The position numbers were made by a program, and so were the translations under genes. From contig JAHDYR010000005.1 in the NCBI GenBank assembly GCA_019828565.1, positions 1,381,991 to 1,445,990 of the forward strand: a stretch of 64,000 nucleotides of DNA, read 5' to 3'. How positions within the stretch are numbered: position 1 is the first letter of the stretch; each line of letters opens with the position of its first letter. This document shows positions 35,290 through 46,192 of this stretch, piece after piece. Source of the stretch: Carpediemonas membranifera BICM. Lineage: Eukaryota > Protista > Fornicata. The notes under the pieces were generated by a model. It was given only the letters and a program-made list of their open reading frames with translations. It searched no databases and had not been told where the DNA came from.

Positions 35290-36618
35290 ATGGCAAACGT
35301 TGAGAAGGAACTCTTTGCTGCAATCGACCAGTATATGACGGCCAATCCTACTGGTGTGCTCATCTCCGATCTTCAGGCCTTGAAGCGAAAGCACGTCGAG
35401 CTGCTGAATGGTGACGGCTCCCAGGAAGCTACTGAGGGTTCTCACACGCCTCCATCCACTGACAACACCGCTGAGACCACCGATGGTGATGCCATTTCGC
35501 ACCAAGAAGCTGGTTCAGCTCCCGATCGCACCGTTCTCCGACCTCGACGCTCCGGACGGCACATCACCGACTGCCATCCCGAATCTGCTCAGACCACAAT
35601 CACCCGCACGAGCGAGCTGGGCGCTGAGTTCAACCAGCGTGTCGTCGAGGTCCCCGTCCGCCCATTCCACCGACAGACCCGTTACCGCGCCAATGTCGAA
35701 ACCCCTCGGGCCATTGTGACCGTCGCCGAGGCGACCGAGCCCGCCGAACCTCTTCCGGCACGCGAGCAGCGTCAGGTCGAGACCTTCCGCACCACCTTTG
35801 CGGAGATCAGCACTGCTCGCTTCTCCAACTGCTTCGAAGTCAATTTCACAGCCCTCCTCGACCGAGTTCAGACCGGGAAGCTCTTCGGCAGCGCTATGAC
35901 CGAGGTCACGGCTGCTTACGTCTCTGCCGACATCCTTCGTCGGTTCGCGGAGGTGACGGCCATCGGGTGCGCTCTCCAGCGCTCCATGGAGGGTGTCCAA
36001 GACACTCGCGCCGTAGCCGCGGCTCTGGTCCAGGGCGGGACGAGCGACCGGTTTGCCACAAACCACGTCGCCACAGCTGAGGGAGCCCTCCTGGCGCTGA
36101 AGCGCACTCGGGAGCCGGGTGCCACGGTCTCTCGTGATGTGGTGGTGGACCTCCTCAAGCGCGTGGTGATGGCGGGCCGACACCCAGCCATGTTCTCGCT
36201 GCTTATGGCGGCTGAGAACCGCGGTGCCTCGCGCCTGACCGCCACCCGCTCCCGCGACTTCGTTCGGGCCTATTGGACCTGTGTCCGGCTTGAGCATCTC
36301 CCGGCTATGGAGCTTGCCATGAACAAGGAGCTGTTCACGCTCCAGCTCACGGACACGTCCGCCGCGTACGGTGTGGTGGAGGTCAAAGAGCACATCGAGC
36401 TCTACGAGAACGCCCGCCAGGAGGAGTCGTTCATCCTGCTCGTCCAGTTTTCGGGCTATCCGCTGCCGTCACTGACCTTCCTGACCCAGGATCTTTGCCG
36501 CACCATGCCTGTCACTCGTTATCTCAACGAGCATAACTTATGGCGTCGCGTTCGTCGGCGCTGGGAGCATGACGGCATCTTCTTTGAGCTTGGTGACAGC
36601 CTTGGTGCCATTGAATAA
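35290..36618 (+). CDS. Element D antisense accessory protein (442 aa) with C-terminal chromodomain-like region
   Basis: Intact ORF convergent with pol; YGVVEVKEH...ILLVQFSGYPLPS...VTRYL; homologue in element C. Confidence 0.8.
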   Translation: MANVEKELFAAIDQYMTANPTGVLISDLQALKRKHVELLNGDGSQEATEGSHTPPSTDNTAETTDGDAISHQEAGSAPDRTVLRPRRSGRHITDCHPESAQTTITRTSELGAEFNQRVVEVPVRPFHRQTRYRANVETPRAIVTVAEATEPAEPLPAREQRQVETFRTTFAEISTARFSNCFEVNFTALLDRVQTGKLFGSAMTEVTAAYVSADILRRFAEVTAIGCALQRSMEGVQDTRAVAAALVQGGTSDRFATNHVATAEGALLALKRTREPGATVSRDVVVDLLKRVVMAGRHPAMFSLLMAAENRGASRLTATRSRDFVRAYWTCVRLEHLPAMELAMNKELFTLQLTDTSAAYGVVEVKEHIELYENARQEESFILLVQFSGYPLPSLTFLTQDLCRTMPVTRYLNEHNLWRRVRRRWEHDGIFFELGDSLGAIE

Positions 36619-36647
36619 ATCAGATTGTGACTCTCTCTGGGCGCCAT

Positions 36648-39600
36648 TTACTTGGCCCTTCCCAGGAATACATCCAGTGCTTCACAACCCTTGACATTCC
36701 CATATGGTTCCCATGTGTCCTCTGACGGCTCATATCCCAGCCATCTAACCCGGAACTTCCTGTCTCTCATCCTGGCCTCACTCGTCGACTCTAGTATGGA
36801 CTCGACCAGATATTCACCGAGCGTGACTGCCGCGAGTTCCTGAGCCCGTTGCTCGGACAACTCACCCATAAAGGCGCGAACTCTCTCCGAGGCGACCTTC
36901 TTTCCTTCTTTGTGTTGACATCCTTGACGACATAGCCCACCGTGAGGTTCTGCCTCACGATAGGACGCACTAGCTTCATAGGCCCTCGCCATCCTGACGC
37001 CAACTTGGACGGCGGTCCATTCGGGTACTTGACCAACACGTAGTCGGACGAGATAGGTGTCGTTGCTGACACTTTGTCTAGCGCATCTTGGTGCATGACC
37101 TTGATTCTCGCCTCTGCCAAGTCTCGGGCTAACTGAGCTGCTTGAACATTACTGCTGGGCTGTACAGCCATACTCTGGACGTCTGCCATCATCACGTCTG
37201 CCGGGACACGGAAATCGCTACCGAAGATGACCTCGGCCGGTGTTAAGCGTGTCGCGGTGTGGGGAGACGCGTTGACGATATACTGCGCGACAGGGAGGGA
37301 GTCTGACCACAACTCGCTCCGAAGCTGGTATTGCCTGTTGCGTAAAATGCGCTCAATGCGGCTGTTCGCCCGTTCCACAATGCCGTTTGACTGTGGATGG
37401 TACGGGGTGGTGACGTGAGTAGCAAACCCTACGCGCACCGATAGATCTGTGAATAGCTTGTTGACGAACTGCTTGCCACCGTCTGTCTGTAGAACTCTGG
37501 GCACGCCGTACCGGAGAATCCATCCGTTGACGAAGGCAGTCACAGCTTCGTCCGCCCTTGTGGACTTGAGTGGAACGAGCTCGGTCCACCGCGAGGCCAT
37601 ATCAATAATAACTAAGATGAACTTGTACCCGCGAGACTCTGGTAGGGGGCCAATAGTATCCATGGCTACCCGCTGGAACGGTCGCAGGCTCGCCGTGTGA
37701 AGGTACGGTCTGGACGCCTCGGCCGGCTTGGCGGTAAGTTGGCACACGGGGCAACGATCTATGACCCGCGCTACCCTATCCACTGGAGCCCGGAGCCCGT
37801 TAGATCTCAGCCACTCTACCGTCGTATAAACCGGGAGGTGGGCCTGGCCGTGCATATGAGCTGCCTGGATCTCGTTATCGGTAGCTGTTGCCTGTCTGGC
37901 AGTTGCGGAGAACTCAGCCCGTCCGCCGCTCCGTTGTCAACCCCGGCCACATGCTTCACTGTGAAGTCTAGGTCTGCGATTGACTCGTACCAACGCTGGA
38001 CTTTTGCGTTAGACGATCGTGACATGTAGACCAGGTTCCGGTGGTCAGTGAGGAGAGTAAACGACGTCCAGCACAGGAAACGGCGCCACCTCTGGAGGGC
38101 GGTGACAATCGCATACGCTTCCTGTTCGATCGTGCTCCAACGCGTCTGCACATCTGAGAACGCGTGGGACATATAACACACCGGCTTGCCGTCCTGGAGG
38201 AGAACACCCCCGATCCCGAGATCAGACGCGTCTGTCATGACCACATGATCCTTCGAAACGTCAAAGTGCTCGAGTGCCGGTGCGTGGCAGAGGCGGTCCT
38301 TAACCTTGGCCAGCGCCTCTGCCTGAGGTAATCCGTCCGGAGCCTCCTTGCCGCTTGCCGCCCGGGCTAACGGTCGGATAAGCTCGGAGAAGTTAGGAAC
38401 AAAGTCTCTCATAAAGTTGAGGAATCCCATAAGGGCCTGCGCGGCCTTCTTCGTCTTCGGTAGCCGCAGGCCTTCTACATCGCGGATCCTGTCTGGAGCA
38501 ATCCGGAAACCCGAGCCGGACACAACCCATCCTAGGAACTCCACTTCGGCTAGGCCGAAATGCGACTTCTCCTTGTTCAACGATAGCTTGAGCTCGTCAC
38601 ATCGGCGGAGCACCTTAGCGAGGTTGGCCAGATATTCCTGCTCCGAGCGTCCAAAGATGATAATGTCATCTATATATATAATGCAGGCGTCGCCTAAGAG
38701 GTCCTGGAACCCGCGCTCAATCGCGTACTGAAAGTGCGCGCCAGCGTTCTTAAGGCCGAACGGCATTCCGGTGTATTGGAACTTCCCACGGGGGGTCATA
38801 AACGCCGTGTATTGCCTAGAACGCTCGGTCAGCTCGACCTGGTGATACCCTTTCGAGAGGTCGAGAGTGGCGAAGACCTTGGCACCAGCAAGCCTGGTCA
38901 AGCACGTGTTAACCTCGGGGATCGGATAGTCGAATGGCGTGGTCAAATCGTTGATTCTGCGGAAGTCGACGACCATCCTGGTCTTGTCCTTGCCCTTGGG
39001 GACGAGCAATGCTGGAGAAGAGTATGGCGAGAAGCTGACCTCGATGTATTTCTTCGACAGTAGTTCGTTGACGTGCTCGTCGAACAGGCCCTGCTTCTGG
39101 TACGGTATGTAATTGGATCTCGTGGCGACGACGCGGTCCTCCTTGAGTACGAGGTCGTATGGCTCTAATGCTGAGAACCCTTCTCGAGCATCAAAGCAAT
39201 GAGCATAAGCTGCGAGGATGCGGTCATGAGTGAGAGTGTAGTCCGAAGACAGAGTATACGCCTGGAGTGGCTCAAGCTCTGGCACGAAAGGCTCCAAGGC
39301 GTCGTCATTGTCAGACTGAGACGGTTCACACAGGCTGGGGAGAATACCCCACTCGACCATGGTCTGATATGACAAGAGGAGATCATAAGCACAGTCAACC
39401 CCATACGCGGAGACTGTGGTGGATAGACCTTTCGGGGTGAAAGGTGACTTACACATCTTCAACGGCACCTCATAACACGTATCAGTCTCGATCGTTCCAC
39501 CCGGAGTCTTGATCTTAATGGGTGCGGCAAGCTTCGTCGGAATGAGCTCGGCCGCACTGGCGGAAGCCGGGTTGACAAGAGAAATGTCAGCACCACAGTC

Positions 39601-40614
39601 GAATAAGACACGGTGCCATGTGGTAGATTCATCGCTACCCATAGGGACGACGGCACTCACGACGGGTAGGGAGCGCTGGCCTTCAGACGCCGACGGAGAA
39701 ACAGAGACAGAAAAGCATGATCTGGGGTTTACCTGACAGAACTTGTCTAGGTGCCCCGACTTGCCGCACTTCGCGCACACGGCCTTCTCTCTGGTGCATT
39801 CGAAGGCGCGGTGGTTCGGCCTGCCGCAGTTAAAGCAGACGATGTCTCGCTGGTGACCGCGGTGTTGCGTCTGGTGCTGCGTCTGCTGCTGGCGCTGACC
39901 GTGACGTTGGCCTTGCTGGTGGGAGTGCGTCTGGTGCTGGCGGGGCTGGTGTTGCTGCCGCTTGTCTTGGCGCGGCTGATCCTGAGGCTCGCGCTGCTCT
40001 CGCGGGGGGCGGTTGCGGACAGCGGACTGCTTAGAGCGTTGGCGCTCTTGAGCAGGGGCAGGCTTGGACGTTGAAGTGAGCTTGATTGCTTCCTCCAGAC
40101 GCTTACATGTCAGGAGGGCGGTCGAAAAGGTCGCGTCAAGTGACAGGCCCTTGGAGGCGTGAGAAACCTCCTCTCTGAGCGTTTCGTCTTGGATTCCGCG
40201 CAAAAACTGGCCGCGAAGGACTGAATCCTTGCCAGTGGGTGCAATGAGACGGCGACGGGAAGCGAAGCGGTCGATATAGAGAGATAGGCGGCCAATATCG
40301 ATACCAGTGGTCGATTGGTCGAAAAGGCGGCGCTCGAGGATCGCATCGGAGGGCTTAACGGTGTCCACAATCGCCTGGAAGACGATGTCCTCGCGCTCGT
40401 GCTTCGTTCTTTTGGAACCATCATCGTGATGTTTTGCGGCCTGATACTTTCTGGTAATATCAGTACCCATCGCCTTGCAGTATGAGGTCACCGCGGGTCC
40501 GAGTCGCTTAAGCAAGCGCCTCTTTCCGCCCGCGCGAACATGCTTATCCAATTTCTCGGCAAATGAGAGGACTGCGTGAATCTCAGGCTGTGTACATAAA
40601 GGTCCCTTATCCAT
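36648..40614 (-). CDS. pol: Element D gag-pol (2 CCHC, PR, RT, RH, IN, chromodomain); frameshifts near 37900 and 36900
   Basis: CFNCGRPNHRAFEC, CAKCGKSGHLDKFC, FDCGAD, YIDD, TDAS, QTDGG, FRVRWLGYEPSEDTWEP. Confidence 0.93.
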
Positions 40615-40746
40615 TAGCTTGGAAGTAAGCTTACTGTGATCACTAAGGAAAAAGGCTTTACAAAGAGAGCTCGACACAAGGGTGTCGAGCTGGACGGATC
40701 AAGACCGTATCAAATACGTATCTCATATATAAATGGCTGACAACAC

Positions 40747-41637
40747 GAAGGAGATGAAGTTTCGCCTAAGCGAGGCCAAAAGGGCGAAGTACTCGCAAAA
40801 TGTAGACAAGATCCTCACGGAAAGACGATTCTTACGAAAAGACTTGCTCAAACTCGTCGGAAGACTAACATTCTGCACCATATGCATAGGACCGGCGGCG
40901 TTAGTTCGAACACGCGAACTCTCAATCATCGCTTCAGCAACAAGCAAGCTGTGGCGGATCCGCAGGACCGACCTGTCAAAGGAAGCCTTCGAAGACCTGA
41001 AGTGGTGGAGAGCGGCCCTCTCCAGTGCGCCGAGCAAGAGCTTCTGCCCAACTCCCCCCTCGGCTCGGGTGGAGACCGACGCGTCCAACACGCACGGCGG
41101 GGCCATCTGCTTCTCAAGCGGGGGCTCGCGCGAGTGGAGCACAACGTGGAGGGGCAAGGAGGCAGAGCTTCACATCACAGCGAAGGAAACGCTGGCGGCC
41201 ATTAGGGCGCTCCAGGCCTTCCTAGCCCAGAGCAGCCCTCCAAGGACAGTCCTCTTAATGTCAGACTCAACCGTAGCATGCAAGTGGGTTCTGAAATCAG
41301 GGACAAGAGCCCCCAAGCTCATCAGAGAGGAGGCGAGGAAGCTGGCAGACATGTTGTTGCGGCACAAGCACACAGTGATCATGAGGCACGTGCCAGGCCG
41401 GCTGAACTGGACGGCGGATCGTCTCTCGAGGCCCGGGTCATACGCACTGGACCAAGGCGCACCAACAGAGATACTCCTCCAGGCAAGCAGGCGCTGGGGC
41501 GCGGTGGAAAGAGACTTATCCGAGGCGGGTGCGGAGCTGTTCATGCCCGACTGGTCGGGAAGGATGCTGCTCATCCCCCCATACAAGCTGCTAGGAAGGG
41601 TCACCCAGCGTCTACACATGATTCTCCCAGGCGGGGT
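40747..41637 (+). CDS. YR2 RT C-terminus, RNase H and reduced MT-like domain (3'-truncated)
   Basis: LVGRL, DLKWW, ETDAS, HITAKE, SDS, HVPGRLNWTADRLSR, WG...IPPY. Confidence 0.9.
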
Positions 41638-42118
41638 GAACGGTTAATTCGGCAGCCGTCACCCGACTCTCGCGCACTGGGGCTACTGTGACTGCTGTAA
41701 GAAACTCTGAATAGGCACGGCTTTTATTGCCGCCCTTCTTCAACTCCCTCTCCCGCTTAAAGCACTTCTCCTGCGTGTGTCCAGCCTTTCCGCAAAAGGC
41801 GCACTTGACCTTCTTGTGGTCGGGCGCGGCGCGGAGTTCCCACGTCGTACGGGAGATTAAGTTACGGACGGGGATAGTACCACCGCGGGAGCGATAGGCA
41901 TAATAAGCCTCTCGGAAAGTCTGCCATTGGGAGACGGTCATTCCATCGAGATAAGGGGCTGAAAACAGATCCAGAGCATTTGCATTAAACATGGCTGCGC
42001 AGTAATTACTGTGGTGTTGGAAAACACAAATGGCAAGGAGAGTGATTTATAGAGTCGACACAATGGGTGTCGACATGACTAAACGAGACCCAATATATAA
42101 TGTATACGCGACACTACA
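41638..42118 (-). mobile_element. 5' fragment of Ty3/Gypsy element E (LTR ~42010-42118 plus short gag 41992-41638)
   Basis: LTR termini resemble C; internal hairpin resembles D; gag FREAYYAYRSRGG...NLIS resembles C gag; knuckle CAFCGKAGHTQEKC. No second LTR, so boundaries are inferred. Confidence 0.75.
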
Positions 42119-42450
42119 CCGTCTTAAACGCGATGCGTAGGTACGCCTCGGGGCGTGGTACAGGCCCAGATGGACTACCGGCCGAGAATGAAGATGAGAT
42201 GATGAAGAAGATAAAGAATACAATATTCGATCTCTCTCGAGGCTCTCCAGTTCAGACCAATTTTACCAAGGGGTTAAAACCCCATTCCCCGGTAGTTCCG
42301 AGAAGATGGGCGACGCACAGCCCCCCGTGACACTGGAGAGCCTGGAGGTCAGAGCAAGTTTCCCATCAATCTCGGATATAAATTTGATCTAATCAATTGG
42401 AGACTTCGACTTAGGGCGGCGATGACCCTGATAGGCGATGCTACACAAAC
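42119..42450 (+). pseudogene. Possible decayed non-LTR retrotransposon RT remnant
   Basis: GTGPDGLPAE resembles the GPDG motif of non-LTR RT domain 0; the rest is degenerate. Confidence 0.35.
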
Positions 42451-42905
42451 TACGCAAACATCAGAAGACTGTCGAAAACTGAGGAGCTCACTATTCCGGT
42501 GCCCACATAGTCCAATTGGACGCCTAGGCAGCTTGTGCTATTAAATCCCATAGGGGGATAAATATTTACGGTCCAACTTGCTCTGTGTAAGTCCGAAATA
42601 TTACAATCCGTGCTCGGCTGACCTTACCAGGGTCGGCCAGCTCAGAGAGTTTCGAATTTCACACAGTGATTAGGGTGTAGCGTGTTGGGCCGGTCAAAAG
42701 TCATCCTCGGAACCCGACAACACAAGAGCGACTGCAAGACCGCAGTCACTCAAGTCCAGAGTAATGGCAAAGCAGCCAAGTTTGGGTCCAGCCACTAACA
42801 ACTTCTTCTCTCTTCCTTCTAACATACTGTAACTGTCTAGCTTCTCGTCTCTTACTCCTCTTTACAACAAAACGCACACTTTTACGATACAAGACGCACG
42901 GAACA

Positions 42906-43967
42906 TCAATCAGAATCGTTGGATCTCTTCGTCTCCATGTCTGATGAATAGCGTCGCGCCACGTCTGCCGCCGAACCAAAGTTGAGGACCGCCCCAATTT
43001 CGTCAAAACTTTTGCAGAGCTGGAGAGCCACCCTCTTCTCAGTCGGAACCAGCGCTTTCCTCCCCTTGAAGCCGAAGTTAAGGTTGTACTTGGCGTTCTT
43101 CATGCTCACGTTGCACAGCACACTTGCATCATAAAGCTTTGCAAGGAAATCAATGCCGTCCACGGGTGCTCGGTGGAACATCGAGATACCACTAAACGCG
43201 CCCCGCGCGAGCATAAAAGAGGTGCATCCCGAGGCGTCCTGGCACGCTGTGATGTCATCCTCCGTCATCAGCCCCCCGTTGGCGATCACAGGAATGTTGG
43301 CCGACTCCCTGATCAACCTGAGCCGCTCCCAATGGACAGCGGCAGACCGCGAGTCCTTAGGGTATCTGGCGTGTATGGTGATCGCCTTGACTCCCGCCTG
43401 CTCCGCCATGGCGAGGAACTCTAGATCGCGTCTCTGCCCCACGTTGTCGGGGTCGATCTCATGGTAGAGCCGGGTCTTCACGGTCACTGGCTTGTTAGTA
43501 GCCCTGACCATCGCCTTGAGGACGGCGGAGGTGCTCTCGAGGTCGAACATGCGGTTGACGCCCATGTCTCCCTTCGTGCTGAAGGAGACGTTGCACCCAC
43601 AGTTCAGGTCGAAGGCGGAGACATCACGATCGACCTTGGTCACTGCTGACGTGGCATACACATCGTTGGCTGAGCCGATCTGACAGATGACAGGGCCTTC
43701 TAGGGCGCAGGTTTGGAAGGCCGTGTTTGGATTCCCGGAGCTGTCGTGGACGATGTACTCCACTATTGGATAGGGAGTACCGTTATTCCTCACTTGTCTC
43801 TTGCTCTTCATCAGTTTCTGGTCAATGATGACGTCTGTGAAGCAGGCGGTGGCACCGAGCTGCGTGGCCGTAATACGCATTGGTAGCGTTGAAGCACGGA
43901 CCATTGGAGCAAGATACAGACCCTCTGCAAAGTTGGGCGCTGCTTTGGGCTCGAATTCGTCGCTCAT
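42906..43967 (-). CDS. DUS2: tRNA-dihydrouridine synthase 2-like
   Basis: LAPMVR...LPMR, IIDQKL, QIGS, DLNCGC, TVKTR, TIHAR, VIANGG, MLARGA; start taken at the first ATG. Confidence 0.88.
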   Translation of the reverse strand: MSDEFEPKAAPNFAEGLYLAPMVRASTLPMRITATQLGATACFTDVIIDQKLMKSKRQVRNNGTPYPIVEYIVHDSSGNPNTAFQTCALEGPVICQIGSANDVYATSAVTKVDRDVSAFDLNCGCNVSFSTKGDMGVNRMFDLESTSAVLKAMVRATNKPVTVKTRLYHEIDPDNVGQRRDLEFLAMAEQAGVKAITIHARYPKDSRSAAVHWERLRLIRESANIPVIANGGLMTEDDITACQDASGCTSFMLARGAFSGISMFHRAPVDGIDFLAKLYDASVLCNVSMKNAKYNLNFGFKGRKALVPTEKRVALQLCKSFDEIGAVLNFGSAADVARRYSSDMETKRSNDSD

Positions 43968-45158
43968 GTCGCTATCGGGCAACTTGTGCTGAAGACTTAT
44001 CAGCTGATTGCGTCACACCTCAATGAACCACGCGGTCGTCCATGCTCTGATGCTCTACTGACCTAAAGCCTCTGGCAAGCCGTTCATCATTTTCTCGAGT
44101 CACCTCGGCTCAAATCATTCGAGTTCCGTCAGGAGTTGCCCAAATGCGCAGAAGGGCAACAATGCCGCGTGCAGCTGATACACCCGTCTCTGAGCTGCGG
44201 GCACCATTCGCCGGCAGTGCCGTGGGCGAATGACTTCATGACTGTGGAAAACACTCGCTAAAATAACTCTCGAATGGGAAACGTTACCTCTGGCTCAAAA
44301 AATACTACTGGAGCACCTGTGGGCGATGAAACATTTATTGGGGAGGACGTTTCTGCCAACGAATACGCTCCCGGATGGCCCCCTATCTGGGATCAGTCCA
44401 AGTAGAGCTGCTAGATAAGCTATAAAGTCGCAAACGCAGTGGTTTCATTCACTTGAAGCTCATTGCCCCCAATAGCAGCATTTTCAGCCCTTTAGAGTGT
44501 CGAACGGTTCATTCATTGGTTGGCGCTCGTTTTCGTGAGCAAGAACTCGGGCGTTTCTCCAGACTAGGTGAAGAAACCGAGTCCATAGGACAGTGTTTGG
44601 ACCCTCAAAGGGATTGTCGTGGTTCGGGTGCCCTAGCTCGGGCCCATGAATCGCCAGATTTGACCAACGAATAGAAGGCGTCATTGAAGCAAATGGGCAA
44701 TACACAACCGTCATCAAATAGCACTACCACTGGAACTCCCCTCGTTATGCTAGTTCCGCATTCTTCTGACGTTGCCCCAGTCGAGGTTAATGAGGGACAC
44801 CAGGTCTAGTGGTCCTGATTTCAGCCTCGAGGATGGCCATAAGAGTATAAACGAGCTAGATTGTTCTATTTATCGCTGCTTTTGCCTTTCCACGAAGGTC
44901 GATAGAAAGCAATGACAAGAGCGAACAGAAGAGTCTTGCGAGCACCCATAATCCCGCCCAACAGGGTTCGATCCCAATAAGCTGAGCGGCGGGCCACGCT
45001 GATACTGGGTTGGCCGCCTCCCTCGCTTTTTGAGTTGCTCGGCCAGGAGGCCTCGAGACTATGGCAAGGTCACTGCGCTGTGAGAGACACGCCCTCTCGT
45101 GAACACCATCACCACCAAACAACAATAAACCAGCTCATCCGCGCACTTTATGCTCAAA

Positions 45159-46002
45159 TTACACCCGGCGGTAGACCTTGATGTAGTGGGTCCCGTCCTT
45201 CCGCAGCGCCCTCTCCGCATCCGCCGTCGCCGTCCCAATAGCGGCCACCACTGGGTCGCCCTTGAGCTCTGAGTCGGGGATCTCCTGGAACATGGGCGAG
45301 AGGGTGAACTGCGAGTCCATCCACTGCCGCAGCTCGAAGACGTCCGTGGCCGTGTATACGATCGCCCCCTTCTTCAGCGCATAGGCGTATTCTGCGAGGA
45401 GGTTAACACTAATGATGCGTCTGCGGTGGTTGCTCTTCTTAAAATGCGGGTCCGGGAATAGGAAGAGCATTGTGTCCAGCTGGCCCTTCCGGAAGTAGCA
45501 GGGGAAGTGTTTCATCGCGTTCGAGCGGATGACGGCGGCGTTATCTCCACCGCGGTCCTCTGCGCGCTGCTTCAGGATCTGCTCCTGGGCGTACTCCACG
45601 ACGGCCTCGCGGATCTCGAGGCCAATGATAAGTTTGTTAGGAAAGAGCTCTGCGAGGCGCATAGTCATGCCGCCATATCCGCAGCCGACGTCAGCAACGC
45701 TAATGTGTCCGCAACGTTCGATGGCGTCGCGAGTGAAGAGGCGGGTGATGTCGAAATCAGCAGGAGACGTCGGATACGTCACCAGCATGTCTGCGAGGGG
45801 GTTAGCATGCGCTCTGCGTTAGTCATCAGGTGTGGAGCTCGTACCTGGTGCCGTGGAACTTGGGCTTGACACGTTTGCTGCCATCTTCGAGTTTCGCGAA
45901 GCCGAGCATGTTTGTTCCAATCTCCTGGAAGTGTGAAGGGTCCTCAACATTAATCTTGCCGAACTTCCGCTTCTCCGCGCCAGTATTCTCACCCGACGCC
46001 AT
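45159..46002 (-). CDS. TRM8: tRNA (guanine-N7)-methyltransferase; 31-nt intron 45814-45844
   Basis: Spliced R|AHANPLAD, DVGCGYGG, GLEIR, NAMK, FPDPHFKK..HRRRI, YTATDV. Confidence 0.93.
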
Positions 46003-46192
46003 TCAAAGCCCTCCGTTGCTTACTGCAAAACTGCACATCGTTTTTGAGACGATACAGGCCGAGTACCCACAGATAAGAAGCCAAGCAAGCATCGTTAAGC
46101 CAGTAATATGACCACACTGCTCTTTCACGCCGGCCTCCTCCTCCTGCTTCCAAACAACGCCGATAGAACGAGTGACACTTTACAAAACACCG

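Larger units (their letters stand above)
34312..40742 (-). mobile_element. Ty3/Gypsy element D, 108-bp LTRs, TSD ACAC, with accessory antisense ORF
   Basis: Identical LTRs at 34312-34419 and 40635-40742; ACAC at 34308-34311 and 40743-40746; PPT CATGGGGGGGAAG on the minus strand. Confidence 0.95.
7659..41637 (+). mobile_element. Second DIRS/PAT-like retrotransposon (family YR2) acting as host for nested insertions; 3' end (YR gene) missing
   Basis: Removing the inserts at their TSDs restores gag (YLKTL|DQFGEQ), RT (RLGV|RIAVYLDDWL) and RT-RH (FLGMIIDT|KEMKFRL). Outer ends approximate. Confidence 0.85.

Noticed and set aside
44000-45150. Possible ncRNA or small spliced gene between DUS2 and TRM8
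   Set aside because: No snRNA, SRP or RNase P/MRP motif and no convincing ORF recognised; an Infernal/Rfam scan would decide
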